Shown here one piece after another: positions 49,495 through 59,580 of a stretch of 64,000 nucleotides of DNA. Source of the stretch: Chitinophaga pinensis. Its GTDB lineage: Bacteria > Bacteroidota > Bacteroidia > UKL13-3. The translations under genes and the position numbers were made by a program. The notes below the pieces were generated by a model that saw only the letters and a list, made by a program, of their open reading frames with translations, ran no database searches and was not told the origin of the DNA. Within the stretch, counting starts at the first letter, position 1; each line of letters begins with the position of its first letter. The stretch spans positions 43,565-107,564 of the forward strand of contig CAMAWM010000001.1 of the NCBI GenBank assembly GCA_945861965.1. Direction: 5' to 3'.

Positions 49495-51180
49495 ATGTCT
49501 CAACTTATCGAATGTGTTCCCAATTTTAGCGAAGGGGACGATATGAATTGTATTAAACAAATAACCGATGCAATTGAAAGTGTAGAAGGAATAAAACTTT
49601 TGGATGTTGATCCTGGAAAAGCAACAAACAGAACAGTAGTTACTTTTGTGGGTAAGCCAGAGGATGTTATTGAAGCGGCATATAGAGGAATACAAAAAGC
49701 AGCCGAGCTTATTGATATGAGTAAACACAAAGGCGAACATCCACGAATGGGCGCAACAGATGTTTGTCCATTAATTCCGGTTAGTGGAATTACGATTGAA
49801 GAAACAGTTTTGTATTCGCAAAAATTAGCCAAAAGGGTAGGAGAGGAATTAAAAATACCTGTTTATTTATACGAATATTCGCAACAGAATACGGAACGAA
49901 ATAATCTTTCGATTATTCGAGCTGGTGAGTACGAAGGATTTTTTAAAAAAATTAAATTGCCAGAATGGAAACCGGATTTTGGTCCTTCTGATTTTTCATT
50001 AAAAAGTGGAGCTACAGTAATTGGTGCAAGAGATTTCTTGATTGCTTACAACGTAAATTTAAATACTAAATCTGTTCGTTTGGCAAATTCAATTGCATTT
50101 GATATTCGCGAAGCAGGAAGAGTAAAACGTGAAGGAGATTTGTTAACGGGTAAAATTATAAAAGATGAAAACGGAAATGATGTTCGCATACCTGGAACAC
50201 TGAAAGCCTGCAAAGCTATTGGTTGGTTTATTGATGAGTACAATGTTGCTCAGATTTCAATAAATCTTACAAACTTCAAGATTACTTCTGTTCATCAAGC
50301 ATTTGAAGAAGTTTGCAAAAGTGCTGAAAGAAGAGGAATGCGAGTTACCGGTAGCGAATTGGTTGGATTGATTCCGCTTGAATCAATGCTTGATGCGGGA
50401 AAATATTTTTTACAAAAACAGAATCGATCAATTGGAGTTAGTGAAGAAGAGCTAATTCACATTGCAATAAAATCATTGGGATTGGATGAACTTTCTTCAT
50501 TTGACCCGAATAAAAAAATCATTGAATATAACTTGAAAAACACAATGGATGAAAAATTAATCAGTATGAATTTGCGTGCATTCGCAAATGAAACAGCAAG
50601 TGAAAGTCCTGCACCTGGAGGCGGTTCAATTTCAGCTTATGCTGGCAGCTTGGGTGCAGCATTAGGTGCAATGGTAGCAAACCTTTCGGCTGGTAAACGT
50701 GGTTGGGAATCGCAGATTGATTTCTTTAGCACTTGGGCCGAAAAAGGTCAAAAAATTAAAGATGCATTGTTAAAATATGTTGACGAAGATACTCGGGCTT
50801 TTACTGAAATAATGAAAGCATTTGCTTTGCCAAAAACAACCGATGAAGAAAAATTAAAACGTAGCGAAGCTATTCAAATTGCCACAAAATATGCATGCGA
50901 AGTTCCATTAAAAGTTATGAAGACTGCACATTCAACAATTGAATTGTTGCAAGCAATGATTGAAAAAGGAAATCCAAATTCAGTAACAGATGCAGGAGTT
51001 GGAATTTTGTGTGTGAAAGCAGCTGTGCATGGTGCGTATTTAAATGTTATGGTTAATTCAAAAGACTTATTGGATAAAAAATTGTCGGATGAAATTATGA
51101 TTGAAGCAAAAGACATTTTTTATAAAAACAGTAAAATTGCAGACAAATTACTATTGAAAGTGGAGCAATCTATTTCTTAA
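49495..51180 (+). CDS. ftcD: Bifunctional glutamate formimidoyltransferase / formimidoyltetrahydrofolate cyclodeaminase
   Basis: MSQLIECVPNFSEGDD ... formiminotransferase N- and C-subdomains followed by a cyclodeaminase helical domain (SPAPGGGSISAYAGSLGAALGAMVANLS). Confidence 0.9.
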   Translation: MSQLIECVPNFSEGDDMNCIKQITDAIESVEGIKLLDVDPGKATNRTVVTFVGKPEDVIEAAYRGIQKAAELIDMSKHKGEHPRMGATDVCPLIPVSGITIEETVLYSQKLAKRVGEELKIPVYLYEYSQQNTERNNLSIIRAGEYEGFFKKIKLPEWKPDFGPSDFSLKSGATVIGARDFLIAYNVNLNTKSVRLANSIAFDIREAGRVKREGDLLTGKIIKDENGNDVRIPGTLKACKAIGWFIDEYNVAQISINLTNFKITSVHQAFEEVCKSAERRGMRVTGSELVGLIPLESMLDAGKYFLQKQNRSIGVSEEELIHIAIKSLGLDELSSFDPNKKIIEYNLKNTMDEKLISMNLRAFANETASESPAPGGGSISAYAGSLGAALGAMVANLSAGKRGWESQIDFFSTWAEKGQKIKDALLKYVDEDTRAFTEIMKAFALPKTTDEEKLKRSEAIQIATKYACEVPLKVMKTAHSTIELLQAMIEKGNPNSVTDAGVGILCVKAAVHGAYLNVMVNSKDLLDKKLSDEIMIEAKDIFYKNSKIADKLLLKVEQSIS

Positions 51181-51183
51181 ATT

Positions 51184-51483
51184 ATGCTCAAATCTATCGT
51201 AGTAAAAATACTTGTTATTGCATTGATGATTGTAACGCCAATTGTTGCTGGCATTGCTTTTTACGAATATTACAAAGTCAGTATTTTAAATATAAAACCG
51301 GCTTATCCATTTGGTAAATATTTAAATTTTGTAGAAATAAATTACGCTAAACAAATGTTAGTGATTGGAAGTTTAAGTTTAGCATTTGCTGTACTCTCAT
51401 ACCTAACTTTACTTATAAAAAGTTTAATTAAGTTGCTACTGATTGCAGTAATTGTAGCTGTAATTTATTTTTTGTTTCAATAA
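51184..51483 (+). CDS. Small three-TM membrane protein, hypothetical
   Basis: 99-aa hydrophobic ORF starting 3 nt after ftcD; no recognisable domain. Confidence 0.35.
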   Translation: MLKSIVVKILVIALMIVTPIVAGIAFYEYYKVSILNIKPAYPFGKYLNFVEINYAKQMLVIGSLSLAFAVLSYLTLLIKSLIKLLLIAVIVAVIYFLFQ

Positions 51484-51486
51484 AGA

Positions 51487-52173
51487 TTACTTAGTAAAAT
51501 CTGGTTCAGTTATTAATTTATATCCAGAAGGAAGTTTGAATAATGTTTCAGGAACATCCTCAACAACAATTTTTCGCACACTCATTTTAATTTTAGTTCC
51601 GTTTTGGTCTGCGGTGTATTCCATCAAAAATCCATTAATTTCTTCAAATAATTTATCAGATTCATTACCAGATTTTATTTTAGGCAAATCTTCGCAATAC
51701 CAACAAATATTTGCTAAGGTATCGCCATTTATAATTGTATTTATTGTTGCTTTTTTACATTGAAAACCTGCAATAATTTTTGTGTCGCTTGAGTAAGTAA
51801 TTGAAATTTTCGGAATTTTGTTCTGAGGATAAATTTCGTTTTGCATTTTTTGTATTTCCTGCTCCGACTTTTGCATTGCAATTTTTTCGCCCATTCTATT
51901 CATACAAAGTAAAAATGATTTGCTTTCAGGGTCTGATATGATAATCATTTTGCCATCAGCTATTGGAATTTCAACTCGCGATTTTCCGCTTCTAAAATAA
52001 ACAGTTGCATTTGATGGAAGTGTACTGCCCATTTTTGCAATTTCAGGTGTTAAATTCAAATAAGAAATTTCGTAAAATGCTTTGCCGCTCGATATTTTTG
52101 TTTTTTGAGCAACAACTAAATTGCTCAAAAATAACAATGCTAAAACACAATGAATTTTCTTTTTGATAAGCAT
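51487..52173 (-). CDS. Secreted hypothetical protein
   Basis: Signal peptide MLIKKKIHCVLALLFLSNLVVAQ; no recognisable catalytic motif. Confidence 0.45.
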   Translation of the reverse strand: MLIKKKIHCVLALLFLSNLVVAQKTKISSGKAFYEISYLNLTPEIAKMGSTLPSNATVYFRSGKSRVEIPIADGKMIIISDPESKSFLLCMNRMGEKIAMQKSEQEIQKMQNEIYPQNKIPKISITYSSDTKIIAGFQCKKATINTIINGDTLANICWYCEDLPKIKSGNESDKLFEEINGFLMEYTADQNGTKIKMSVRKIVVEDVPETLFKLPSGYKLITEPDFTK

Positions 52174-52207
52174 CTTACTTGTTAAAAAAATAGTATTAAT
52201 TCAACAA

Positions 52208-52984
52208 TTACCAACTGAATTTTTCTTTATTTAAAAATGCTGAAACGCCTTTTTTGCAATCTTCTGTTTTTCGAGCAAATGCATTCATTTCCGCAGCATA
52301 ATCCAATGCGTTATCCAAAGATTTGTTTTGAATTTCATTAATCATTTGTTTTGTCAAGGTCAAACTTTGAGCAGAAGTATTTTTGCATAATTGAGTTGCA
52401 AAATTAAAGACGGTTTCATCAATCAATTCTGTAGAGCAAACAGTATTTATTAAATTATAATTTTTCGCTTCTTCTGCATTCAATGATTCGCCAGTTAATA
52501 AAATTTCTTTTGAGTTTTTCTCTCCAGTTTTTCTTACTAAAAATACCATTACGATGGCTGGCACAAAACCAATTTTTACTTCGGTGTATGCAAAAGTAGC
52601 ATTTTCACTTGCAAAACAAAAGTCGCAAACGCTTGCCAGTCCGCAACCTCCGGCTAAAGCAAATCCTTCAACTTGTGAGATGGTAACTTTTGAGGATGTA
52701 TAAATTAATTTGAAAAGTTCAGCTAAGTTTTTACTGTCATTTAAATTTTCTTCGTGTGTGTTGTTTTGAAGTTTTTGCAAACTTGATAAATCAGCTCCAC
52801 TGCAAAAAGTTCCGCCATTTGCTTTGATGACAATTACTTTGCAATTGCTATCGTCAAGTGCATTTTTATACACGCTTTTAATTTCAGTAACCATTTCGAA
52901 ACTAAGCGCGTTGCGTTTTTCAGGACGGTTAAGCGTAATGTAAGCAACTCGCTCCTTTACTTCGTATAAGACTAAATTTTCCAT
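52208..52984 (-). CDS. Enoyl-CoA hydratase/isomerase family protein
   Basis: VAYITLNRPEKRNALS ... GGCGLASVCDFCFAS crotonase fold. Confidence 0.85.
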   Translation of the reverse strand: MENLVLYEVKERVAYITLNRPEKRNALSFEMVTEIKSVYKNALDDSNCKVIVIKANGGTFCSGADLSSLQKLQNNTHEENLNDSKNLAELFKLIYTSSKVTISQVEGFALAGGCGLASVCDFCFASENATFAYTEVKIGFVPAIVMVFLVRKTGEKNSKEILLTGESLNAEEAKNYNLINTVCSTELIDETVFNFATQLCKNTSAQSLTLTKQMINEIQNKSLDNALDYAAEMNAFARKTEDCKKGVSAFLNKEKFSW

Positions 52985-52987
52985 GGT

Positions 52988-55054
52988 TTAAAAATCATTC
53001 AATGATAAAGTAATTGCTCCGTTTTCGCCAACATCAATTATTTTACTTTTTGTTTTTGATAGTTTTTGTTTGATAAAATCTTTTCTTGTTTTTGAAATAT
53101 CTGAGGCGAGAATAATTTTATTCAATTGCTTGTTTTCGGTTAATTTATTTATGTCAATAAAATTATTTCCGTACAACAAAATGTTTTTTTCATTGCCAAT
53201 CACATGATTGGTAATAGAAATAATTTTATCGTTAAAACGCAAGTCCATTGCTTTGTTTAAATCAATTGAATTTGTTTTTGTTATTCCACTTGCCCAAATG
53301 TGTTGTTGCAAATGAAATCGATATTTGTATTCGTTTTCTAACAATAATTTATCAGCAATAATTGTTGAGTTTTCGCCATCAACCAATTGCAAAGCGACAT
53401 GATTTTTGATGTTGTATATTGTAATAAATTTTTGATTGTGAATTTTTATACTTTCAAATATTTGAATTGAAAAAAACAAACAACATGCAATTAATCCATT
53501 CCTAAAAAATCTTTGTTTTCGAGTTGCAAAATAAACAATGAAATAGGCGATTAAAATATAAAGTAAAATGCTTTCAACAATAGAAATATGTATTCCATTG
53601 ATGTAAGAACCTGGCAGATCATTTAACAAAATGACAATGTTATTGGTAAGCCAAATAAGCTTGTTCATAATGAGTCCAAGTATTGCGGGAATCCAAGAAA
53701 AAATACTTGCTAAAGATGCTGAAAGTATCAATGCAATTCCTATAAAAATAATTAAAGTGGTAATTGGAATGATAACTAAATTACTGATTGGAAAGTAAAC
53801 CGGAAATTGATGAAAATACAACATTCCAATAGGAAATGTTGCCAATTGAGCAGCGATTGAAACAGAAACTATTTTCCATAATTCCTCCATAAAACCATTG
53901 TTGAAATAAAACCATTCGTTGAAATATTTTTGCAAAGCAACAATTCCAATTACAGCACAAAAGCTGAGTTGAAAACCGACATTTGCCAATGTGTTGCTAT
54001 CAAACAAAAGCAATACAAGTGCAGATGCCGCAAGTGTGTTATAGATATTGGATGAAGATTTTATGGCACTTGCAACTGCTACAAAACTGAACATAACACT
54101 TGCTCGTAATATTGATGGCGATAAACCACAAATTAAGGAGTAAACCCAAATTACGGAGAGCGAAATGGTGACTTTAATAATTCGTTGGTATTTTCTTTTA
54201 TCAAAATATTTTAACAATAAATTTATCAGCCAAAAAACCAATCCAACATGCATGCCGCTTACAGCCAAAACATGCAGCGTTCCTGTGTTTGAATACGCTT
54301 TAACAACATCTGCATCAATGTCGTCATCGTAACCAAAAAGCAATGCTTGAGCGACAGCAATTTCATTTTTTGTTTGAACATATTGGTGTAATATTTTATT
54401 AAAATATTTCTGAGATGAATAAGCAAATGCCCAAAAAATATTTCCTTCGTTTTTATTCAATTGCACAAAATCTTTGTTTCGCAAATACGATTGATTGTAA
54501 ATTTGGTTGAATGCTAAATATCGTTTGTAATTAAATTCATTTGGGTTTTGTGGAGCTGAAATTTCATGCGAATTATTTTTTATCAAAATCAAATCGCCAT
54601 AATTAAGTTGTGTAAAAAGTAAAGAGTCTTTTTCAAAATATAAAATCATTAAACCACTAACAGGTGTTTGCGAATTCAAACTGTCAATACAGCTTAATAC
54701 TTTAGCTTTAGCTTTAAATGATTTAGCTCTTTTAAGCGGCTGTTCATCGAGTTGTACAACAAAGTAGTTCGCTTGATGATGACTGAAATGGCTTTTAAAA
54801 ATTAATTGATTGTGAAACGTATTTAATGCAAATCCAAAGCTCAAACAAAGCAAGTTCAATGGAATTCCTTTTAAATGGGTTTTATGTGGATTTACTTTAA
54901 TGAAATGAAGTAAAATATTTATCGAAAGCAAAAATCCAAAAGCAATAAATGCAACATGAGTCGGTAATGGATAAAACATATTTATTCCAATTCCGATGAT
55001 TACTGGAACTGTAATTCGAACGAGTGGAACTTTATGCCAAAAACCCGCAAACAT
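52988..55054 (-). CDS. comEC: ComEC/Rec2-family DNA internalisation channel protein
   Basis: 688-aa polytopic membrane protein with a ComEC core (LSPSILRASVMFSFVAVA ... GFQLSFCAVIGIV). Confidence 0.8.
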   Translation of the reverse strand: MFAGFWHKVPLVRITVPVIIGIGINMFYPLPTHVAFIAFGFLLSINILLHFIKVNPHKTHLKGIPLNLLCLSFGFALNTFHNQLIFKSHFSHHQANYFVVQLDEQPLKRAKSFKAKAKVLSCIDSLNSQTPVSGLMILYFEKDSLLFTQLNYGDLILIKNNSHEISAPQNPNEFNYKRYLAFNQIYNQSYLRNKDFVQLNKNEGNIFWAFAYSSQKYFNKILHQYVQTKNEIAVAQALLFGYDDDIDADVVKAYSNTGTLHVLAVSGMHVGLVFWLINLLLKYFDKRKYQRIIKVTISLSVIWVYSLICGLSPSILRASVMFSFVAVASAIKSSSNIYNTLAASALVLLLFDSNTLANVGFQLSFCAVIGIVALQKYFNEWFYFNNGFMEELWKIVSVSIAAQLATFPIGMLYFHQFPVYFPISNLVIIPITTLIIFIGIALILSASLASIFSWIPAILGLIMNKLIWLTNNIVILLNDLPGSYINGIHISIVESILLYILIAYFIVYFATRKQRFFRNGLIACCLFFSIQIFESIKIHNQKFITIYNIKNHVALQLVDGENSTIIADKLLLENEYKYRFHLQQHIWASGITKTNSIDLNKAMDLRFNDKIISITNHVIGNEKNILLYGNNFIDINKLTENKQLNKIILASDISKTRKDFIKQKLSKTKSKIIDVGENGAITLSLNDF

Positions 55055-55189
55055 GATTTTTTAAAATTAAAGCAAGTATAATTTTTTTTACTGTCTTATA
55101 CGTTTGCACATCAAACTGTGCATATATCTTTCTGCCAAATGTTTTTTGCAATTAAATTTTACGATATTTGAACTCTAAAATTAAAAACT

Positions 55190-55642
55190 ATGTATAACAA
55201 TTTATTACACATTCATAGTTGGTTGCGCTGGGCATTTTTGCTTGCCGCTTTATATCCAATAGTTCGTTCGTTTTACGGAATGATGTACGGAAAACAATTT
55301 ACAAAACAAGATAATACAGCTGCAACAATTTTACTTGCGTTGGCACATACGATGTTATTGCTCGGAATAATTTTGTTTTTTTTAAGTCCTACAATCCAAG
55401 GAGCATTAGAGCAAGGAATGTCTGCAATTATGAAAGACCCAACTTTGCGTCCTCTTGTGATTGAACATCCAGCTTGCATGATTATTTCTGTGGCGTTAAT
55501 TCAAATTGGAAGGATAAAAAGCAAATCTGCTTACGAAGACAGAGTAAAACACCGCAGAACTTATATGTATTACGGAATTGCCTTAATAATTATTCTTTCG
55601 ATGATTCCATGGGAAAGTGCTCCGCTGATGCGAGGAGTTTAA
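55190..55642 (+). CDS. Four-TM membrane protein, hypothetical
   Basis: 150-aa hydrophobic ORF; no recognisable domain. Confidence 0.4.
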   Translation: MYNNLLHIHSWLRWAFLLAALYPIVRSFYGMMYGKQFTKQDNTAATILLALAHTMLLLGIILFFLSPTIQGALEQGMSAIMKDPTLRPLVIEHPACMIISVALIQIGRIKSKSAYEDRVKHRRTYMYYGIALIIILSMIPWESAPLMRGV

Positions 55643-55649
55643 TTTACTA

Positions 55650-55701
55650 AAAATACTTAATCAAAAAAGCAAAAGCTCTTTCTTCACTCCAATATTTTGT
55701 T
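55650..55701. repeat. Left copy of a ~55-bp direct repeat (degenerate duplicate of the 58547..59563 hydrolase 3' end)
   Basis: aaaatacttaatcaaaaaagcaaaagctctttcttcactccaatattttgtt, about 48/52 identical to 58603-58657. It begins 8 nt after the stop of the 55190..55642 ORF. Confidence 0.7.
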
Positions 55702-55779
55702 AGAAATGTAAAAAAAACACTCAACTATTTGTTTAATTGGGGTTTTTAATATTCTTTTGAAATTCAAAATATACATAGT

Positions 55780-57030
55780 ATGAGATTACAAATTCTGTGC
55801 TTACTTGTAGTTTTTGGAATAATAATTACAAGTTGTAAAAGGAGGCTGTCAACAGATTACGATTCGCCTTCTGCGAAAGTTCTTCAAAATTCTGCTGAAC
55901 AACAAAAATTGTTAAATAGAATAATTTGTTTACATGATTTATTTAAAGAAAACAGTCGGTTAGGTAAATCATCTTGGTCAGGCTCATATTCAATAGATTC
56001 AGCTATTATTTATGTTGAAGGGGCTTTAAATTACGAATGGGGTGATGCGCAATGTGATTTGCATGAATATATTAGTTATGAGACTGATGAATTTGAAGTG
56101 GAAATTAATAATAATACTGTGGCAGCAAGTGAAATGGATATATTATATGATTACTTAAACAATTATTCAGCAACAAATTATTATAGTGATTCTTCAGATA
56201 AGCATATACATTCAATAGACTTAGATATTAGTGATATTGAATCGTCAGCGAGCAATAAGCAACGGTTATTTGTGAGAATATTAGTTGCACAAAGAGCACA
56301 TGCTAATCCGGAATCAACCCAATCTAGTAATCCATTTAGTAATTTTAGTTACCGATATAATTATAATGGGGCTTTGTGCGCTGACCAGCCCTATTATTCT
56401 GAACTAGATTTTGGAATTTCTCGATCAGGACGTTGGCAAGATGTACATTTTGCTTGGCATGGCTTTGAATATGGCGGAGCTTTCCTTTTGGAAAGACAAG
56501 TAACAATGGATGAACAATACGTTCCAATTCCACCTCAAGGAAGTGCATATGATTATAGAGTTATTTTTATAAATATTGGTTATAATAATAATGGTGTCAG
56601 CCCGAATGGATTTATAACAGATAAAGACGAACCATTACCATCAAATACTTCAATGCCTAATGGTTCAACATTGGGTACTATTAATACCTCTAAACTCTAT
56701 TCGTATAGTTTTATCACTTCGCAAACTCAACAAAATAGACAAGATGCACATAACAATCTACCATGTTTATATGGAAATGATTTGTATTTTTACTATGGAT
56801 TTTTCCAAAACAATAATAACCTGATCGACAGATACAAACCATCGGCTGGTAAAGAGTTTCATAGTGTATTAGTTTATTCAAGATTTAAGAGATATACTGA
56901 TATACCACCAACTATTGCCTCAACTAAATTAAAGACAATTTCCTTAAATAGTGTTAATAAAGATATTTATTTCTGCCATGACTACAGATTATACTATGGA
57001 ATGCTTGTTTTTGGGCAAGGCTCTAATTAG
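55780..57030 (+). CDS. Lipoprotein of unknown function (N/Y/S-rich)
   Basis: Lipobox IITSC; no recognisable domain. Confidence 0.5.
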   Translation: MRLQILCLLVVFGIIITSCKRRLSTDYDSPSAKVLQNSAEQQKLLNRIICLHDLFKENSRLGKSSWSGSYSIDSAIIYVEGALNYEWGDAQCDLHEYISYETDEFEVEINNNTVAASEMDILYDYLNNYSATNYYSDSSDKHIHSIDLDISDIESSASNKQRLFVRILVAQRAHANPESTQSSNPFSNFSYRYNYNGALCADQPYYSELDFGISRSGRWQDVHFAWHGFEYGGAFLLERQVTMDEQYVPIPPQGSAYDYRVIFINIGYNNNGVSPNGFITDKDEPLPSNTSMPNGSTLGTINTSKLYSYSFITSQTQQNRQDAHNNLPCLYGNDLYFYYGFFQNNNNLIDRYKPSAGKEFHSVLVYSRFKRYTDIPPTIASTKLKTISLNSVNKDIYFCHDYRLYYGMLVFGQGSN

Positions 57031-57047
57031 ATAATAGTATAGACTTA

Positions 57048-58604
57048 ATGAAAACAATAGTTTATAGAAAAATAGCAAACAAGAATTTCTTCTTATTTGT
57101 TATTTTTTTATTCAGTCTGAGTATTATTTATGCTCAATCATTCATTAAGCAAAATTATAATGGTATATCTAATGGTTTGGCTGATATAGTTGAAATAAAT
57201 GAGAACTACTATTTCGCGGGATTTAGGTTTGATAGTTCCATTTACAGTATGAATTTATTGTTTCTTAAAGTATCCCAAAAAGGCGATGTAATTAAAAATA
57301 AAGAATTTGAAGTCAAGGATTCATTATTTTATCCTAAGAAATGGCTATTCTTTAAAAATAATTTTTACTATATTGGTTATAAAATACACAGCCATTATGA
57401 CGATACTAACAATTTTGATTTGAAATTTAAACGTTGGCTTTGTTTTTATAAACTTGATACCTTTTTTAATTTAATTCATTACAATGAAATATTAATAGAT
57501 TCCGTTGTAGATAATCCTCCTTACAATGATAACTTTGGGGTTGAAGTTATTAACGATAAAATATTTGTTGTGGCATGTATTAGTAGGGTAATCCCTAAAG
57601 ACACAATTTACTCATCAAATTGGGCAAGTTTTATTTTTACTATTGAAGAATCAGAAAATATTCAACTTTTTAAAAAATATCTTAATTTTAATGATAGTAC
57701 AGAATCAAAATTTTTATCAAAAATTATTTCTGTCAAAAACCAAATATACTTATATTCAGGGGGTTATTTTTTTATAACGGATTCTACTTTCGATAAATTA
57801 TCTTATGTGCCTATGGGTGGTTTGGAATCATATCCCCAAAGTCCTTTTGATATTCCTATTACTATAAAAAAATACGCTGATGATAAGTTTTTAATTGCTG
57901 GTATTTGTTTCTGGTTTCCTAATCCAGGTATCCCGGTTGGAGGCGACCAATATACTTTGTCGATTGCATACGTTGATAGTTCGGCACATTTTATAAATAA
58001 GAATATTATTAATCCAAATGGCATCAGAGACTTTAAACCTTATGATAATAGTGAAAGCCCATTGTCACTTATTGATTATTATGATAAAAACAATATTTAC
58101 GTTTCAATGAGTAATACTAACAATCAATTGTATGTGGTAAATCTTGATTCTAATTTTACTAAAAAATGGGAACGATTAATACCAATTTCAAATTTTGACA
58201 ATGCCGTATGTATTAAATTGTATAATACTGTAGCCACAAGTGATGGAGGGGTTTTAATACTTACAGTAATATTTAAAAAAATAAATAATGTAACCAAGGC
58301 ATCACATTATGTTTTAAAATTTGATAATAAAGGCAAAAGTAGTTTCCTTAAAGAAATTATTCATGCAAAGGATGTATTTCAGATTTATCCTAACCCATTT
58401 AGTAAGAAATTACTTTTAAAAAACGAAACGAATTCACTATGTATAATTCATATTTTTAATATGATGGGTAAAGAGGTATATACTATTATTGTAAATGATT
58501 CAGAGGGCTTTATTGATACCTCATATTTAAGCGAAGGTTTATATTTTTACGAAATTAAGAATAACAATGGACTCATAACTAAAGGGAAATTAATAAAAGA
58601 ATAA
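57048..58604 (+). CDS. T9SS cargo protein of unknown function with a Por_Secre_tail C-terminal domain
   Basis: Signal peptide; the C-terminal ~80 aa read QIYPNPFSKKLLLKNETNSLCIIHIFNMMGKEVYTI ... LSEGLYFYEIKNNNGLITKGKLIKE. Confidence 0.65.
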   Translation: MKTIVYRKIANKNFFLFVIFLFSLSIIYAQSFIKQNYNGISNGLADIVEINENYYFAGFRFDSSIYSMNLLFLKVSQKGDVIKNKEFEVKDSLFYPKKWLFFKNNFYYIGYKIHSHYDDTNNFDLKFKRWLCFYKLDTFFNLIHYNEILIDSVVDNPPYNDNFGVEVINDKIFVVACISRVIPKDTIYSSNWASFIFTIEESENIQLFKKYLNFNDSTESKFLSKIISVKNQIYLYSGGYFFITDSTFDKLSYVPMGGLESYPQSPFDIPITIKKYADDKFLIAGICFWFPNPGIPVGGDQYTLSIAYVDSSAHFINKNIINPNGIRDFKPYDNSESPLSLIDYYDKNNIYVSMSNTNNQLYVVNLDSNFTKKWERLIPISNFDNAVCIKLYNTVATSDGGVLILTVIFKKINNVTKASHYVLKFDNKGKSSFLKEIIHAKDVFQIYPNPFSKKLLLKNETNSLCIIHIFNMMGKEVYTIIVNDSEGFIDTSYLSEGLYFYEIKNNNGLITKGKLIKE

Positions 58605-59563
58605 AAGTACTTACTCAAAAAAGCAAAAGCTCTTTCTTCGCTCCAATAATTTTTGTTGGGAAAACTTTTTGAAAATCCAACATGCCCACCTTGTTGAGTT
58701 GCTTCTAAATAAAAATATTCAGATTTTTTTGCGATTTCAAAAGGAAAACATTCTTCAGAAAGAAAAGGATCATTTAAAGCATTTACCAGCAAAGTTGGAA
58801 TTTTAATTTGATGTAAAAATTGTTTGCTGCTGCATTTTTGGTAATAATCAGTCGAATCGATAAATCCGTGAATTGGTGCTGTAAAGCGAGAATCCCAATC
58901 TGCAAAAGTTTTTATTTTTTCAATTCCTTCAGTATTTAATTTTTCGGAAAATAGTTTCGCTTTTTTTAGAATTTTTTTGTTCATGCTTTTTAAAAAGCGG
59001 TGCATATAAATTTTGTTTGAACCTTTAGCCAATGCTTTTGAACTTGCTGCCAAATCAACAGGAACTGAGAATGTAGCTGCGGATTTTATTTTTAAATTAA
59101 TGTTTACTGACTCCTCGCCCAAATATTTTAAAAGTGCATTTCCACCCAGACTAAAGCCACACAAAAAAATAGATTCATACAAATTGTCGGAAGAAATTTG
59201 ATTGATAACTTCTGAAATATCATCGCTCGCACCGCTGTGGTAGCTTCTTAGTTTTAAATTCATTTCGCCACTGCAGCCTCTAAAGTTTACTACACATACA
59301 TCAAAATTCCGCTCGCTGAAATATTTCGAAAACCCTTTGATATACTGAGATTGCGAACTTCCTTCCAATCCATGAAAAAGAATCAATAAATTTTTTGAGG
59401 AATTTGTAATCCAATCCAAATCTAAAAAATCGCCATCAGCTAATAATATTCGTTTGCGTTTGAAATGAATAGAAACATATCGAAATAAAGTTGGAAGTAT
59501 TGTTTCTACATGTTTGTTTTTAAAAAAACGATTGCCTTTAAAATTGGATTGTAGAATTGGCAT
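58547..59563 (-). CDS. Alpha/beta-fold hydrolase (YheT/ABHD-like)
   Basis: HGLEGSS ... GFSLGGNALLKYL (GxSxG) ... GGHVGF. The last ~15 codons may be read-through into the repeat. Confidence 0.7.
   Translation of the reverse strand: MPILQSNFKGNRFFKNKHVETILPTLFRYVSIHFKRKRILLADGDFLDLDWITNSSKNLLILFHGLEGSSQSQYIKGFSKYFSERNFDVCVVNFRGCSGEMNLKLRSYHSGASDDISEVINQISSDNLYESIFLCGFSLGGNALLKYLGEESVNINLKIKSAATFSVPVDLAASSKALAKGSNKIYMHRFLKSMNKKILKKAKLFSEKLNTEGIEKIKTFADWDSRFTAPIHGFIDSTDYYQKCSSKQFLHQIKIPTLLVNALNDPFLSEECFPFEIAKKSEYFYLEATQQGGHVGFSKSFPNKNYWSEERAFAFLSKYFYSFINFPLVMSPLLFLIS
58603..58657. repeat. Right copy of the ~55-bp direct repeat (authentic 3' end of the hydrolase gene)
   Basis: aaaagtacttactcaaaaaagcaaaagctctttcttcgctccaataatttttgtt. 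On the minus strand it encodes ...NKNYWSEERAFAFLS of the hydrolase. Confidence 0.7.
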
Positions 59564-59580
59564 TCGTATTTTTTATTTAA

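Noticed and set aside
49456-49832. Minus-strand ORFs 49456..49740 and 49500..49832
   Set aside because: They are antisense to and overlap the start of the well-supported ftcD gene and have no domain signal.
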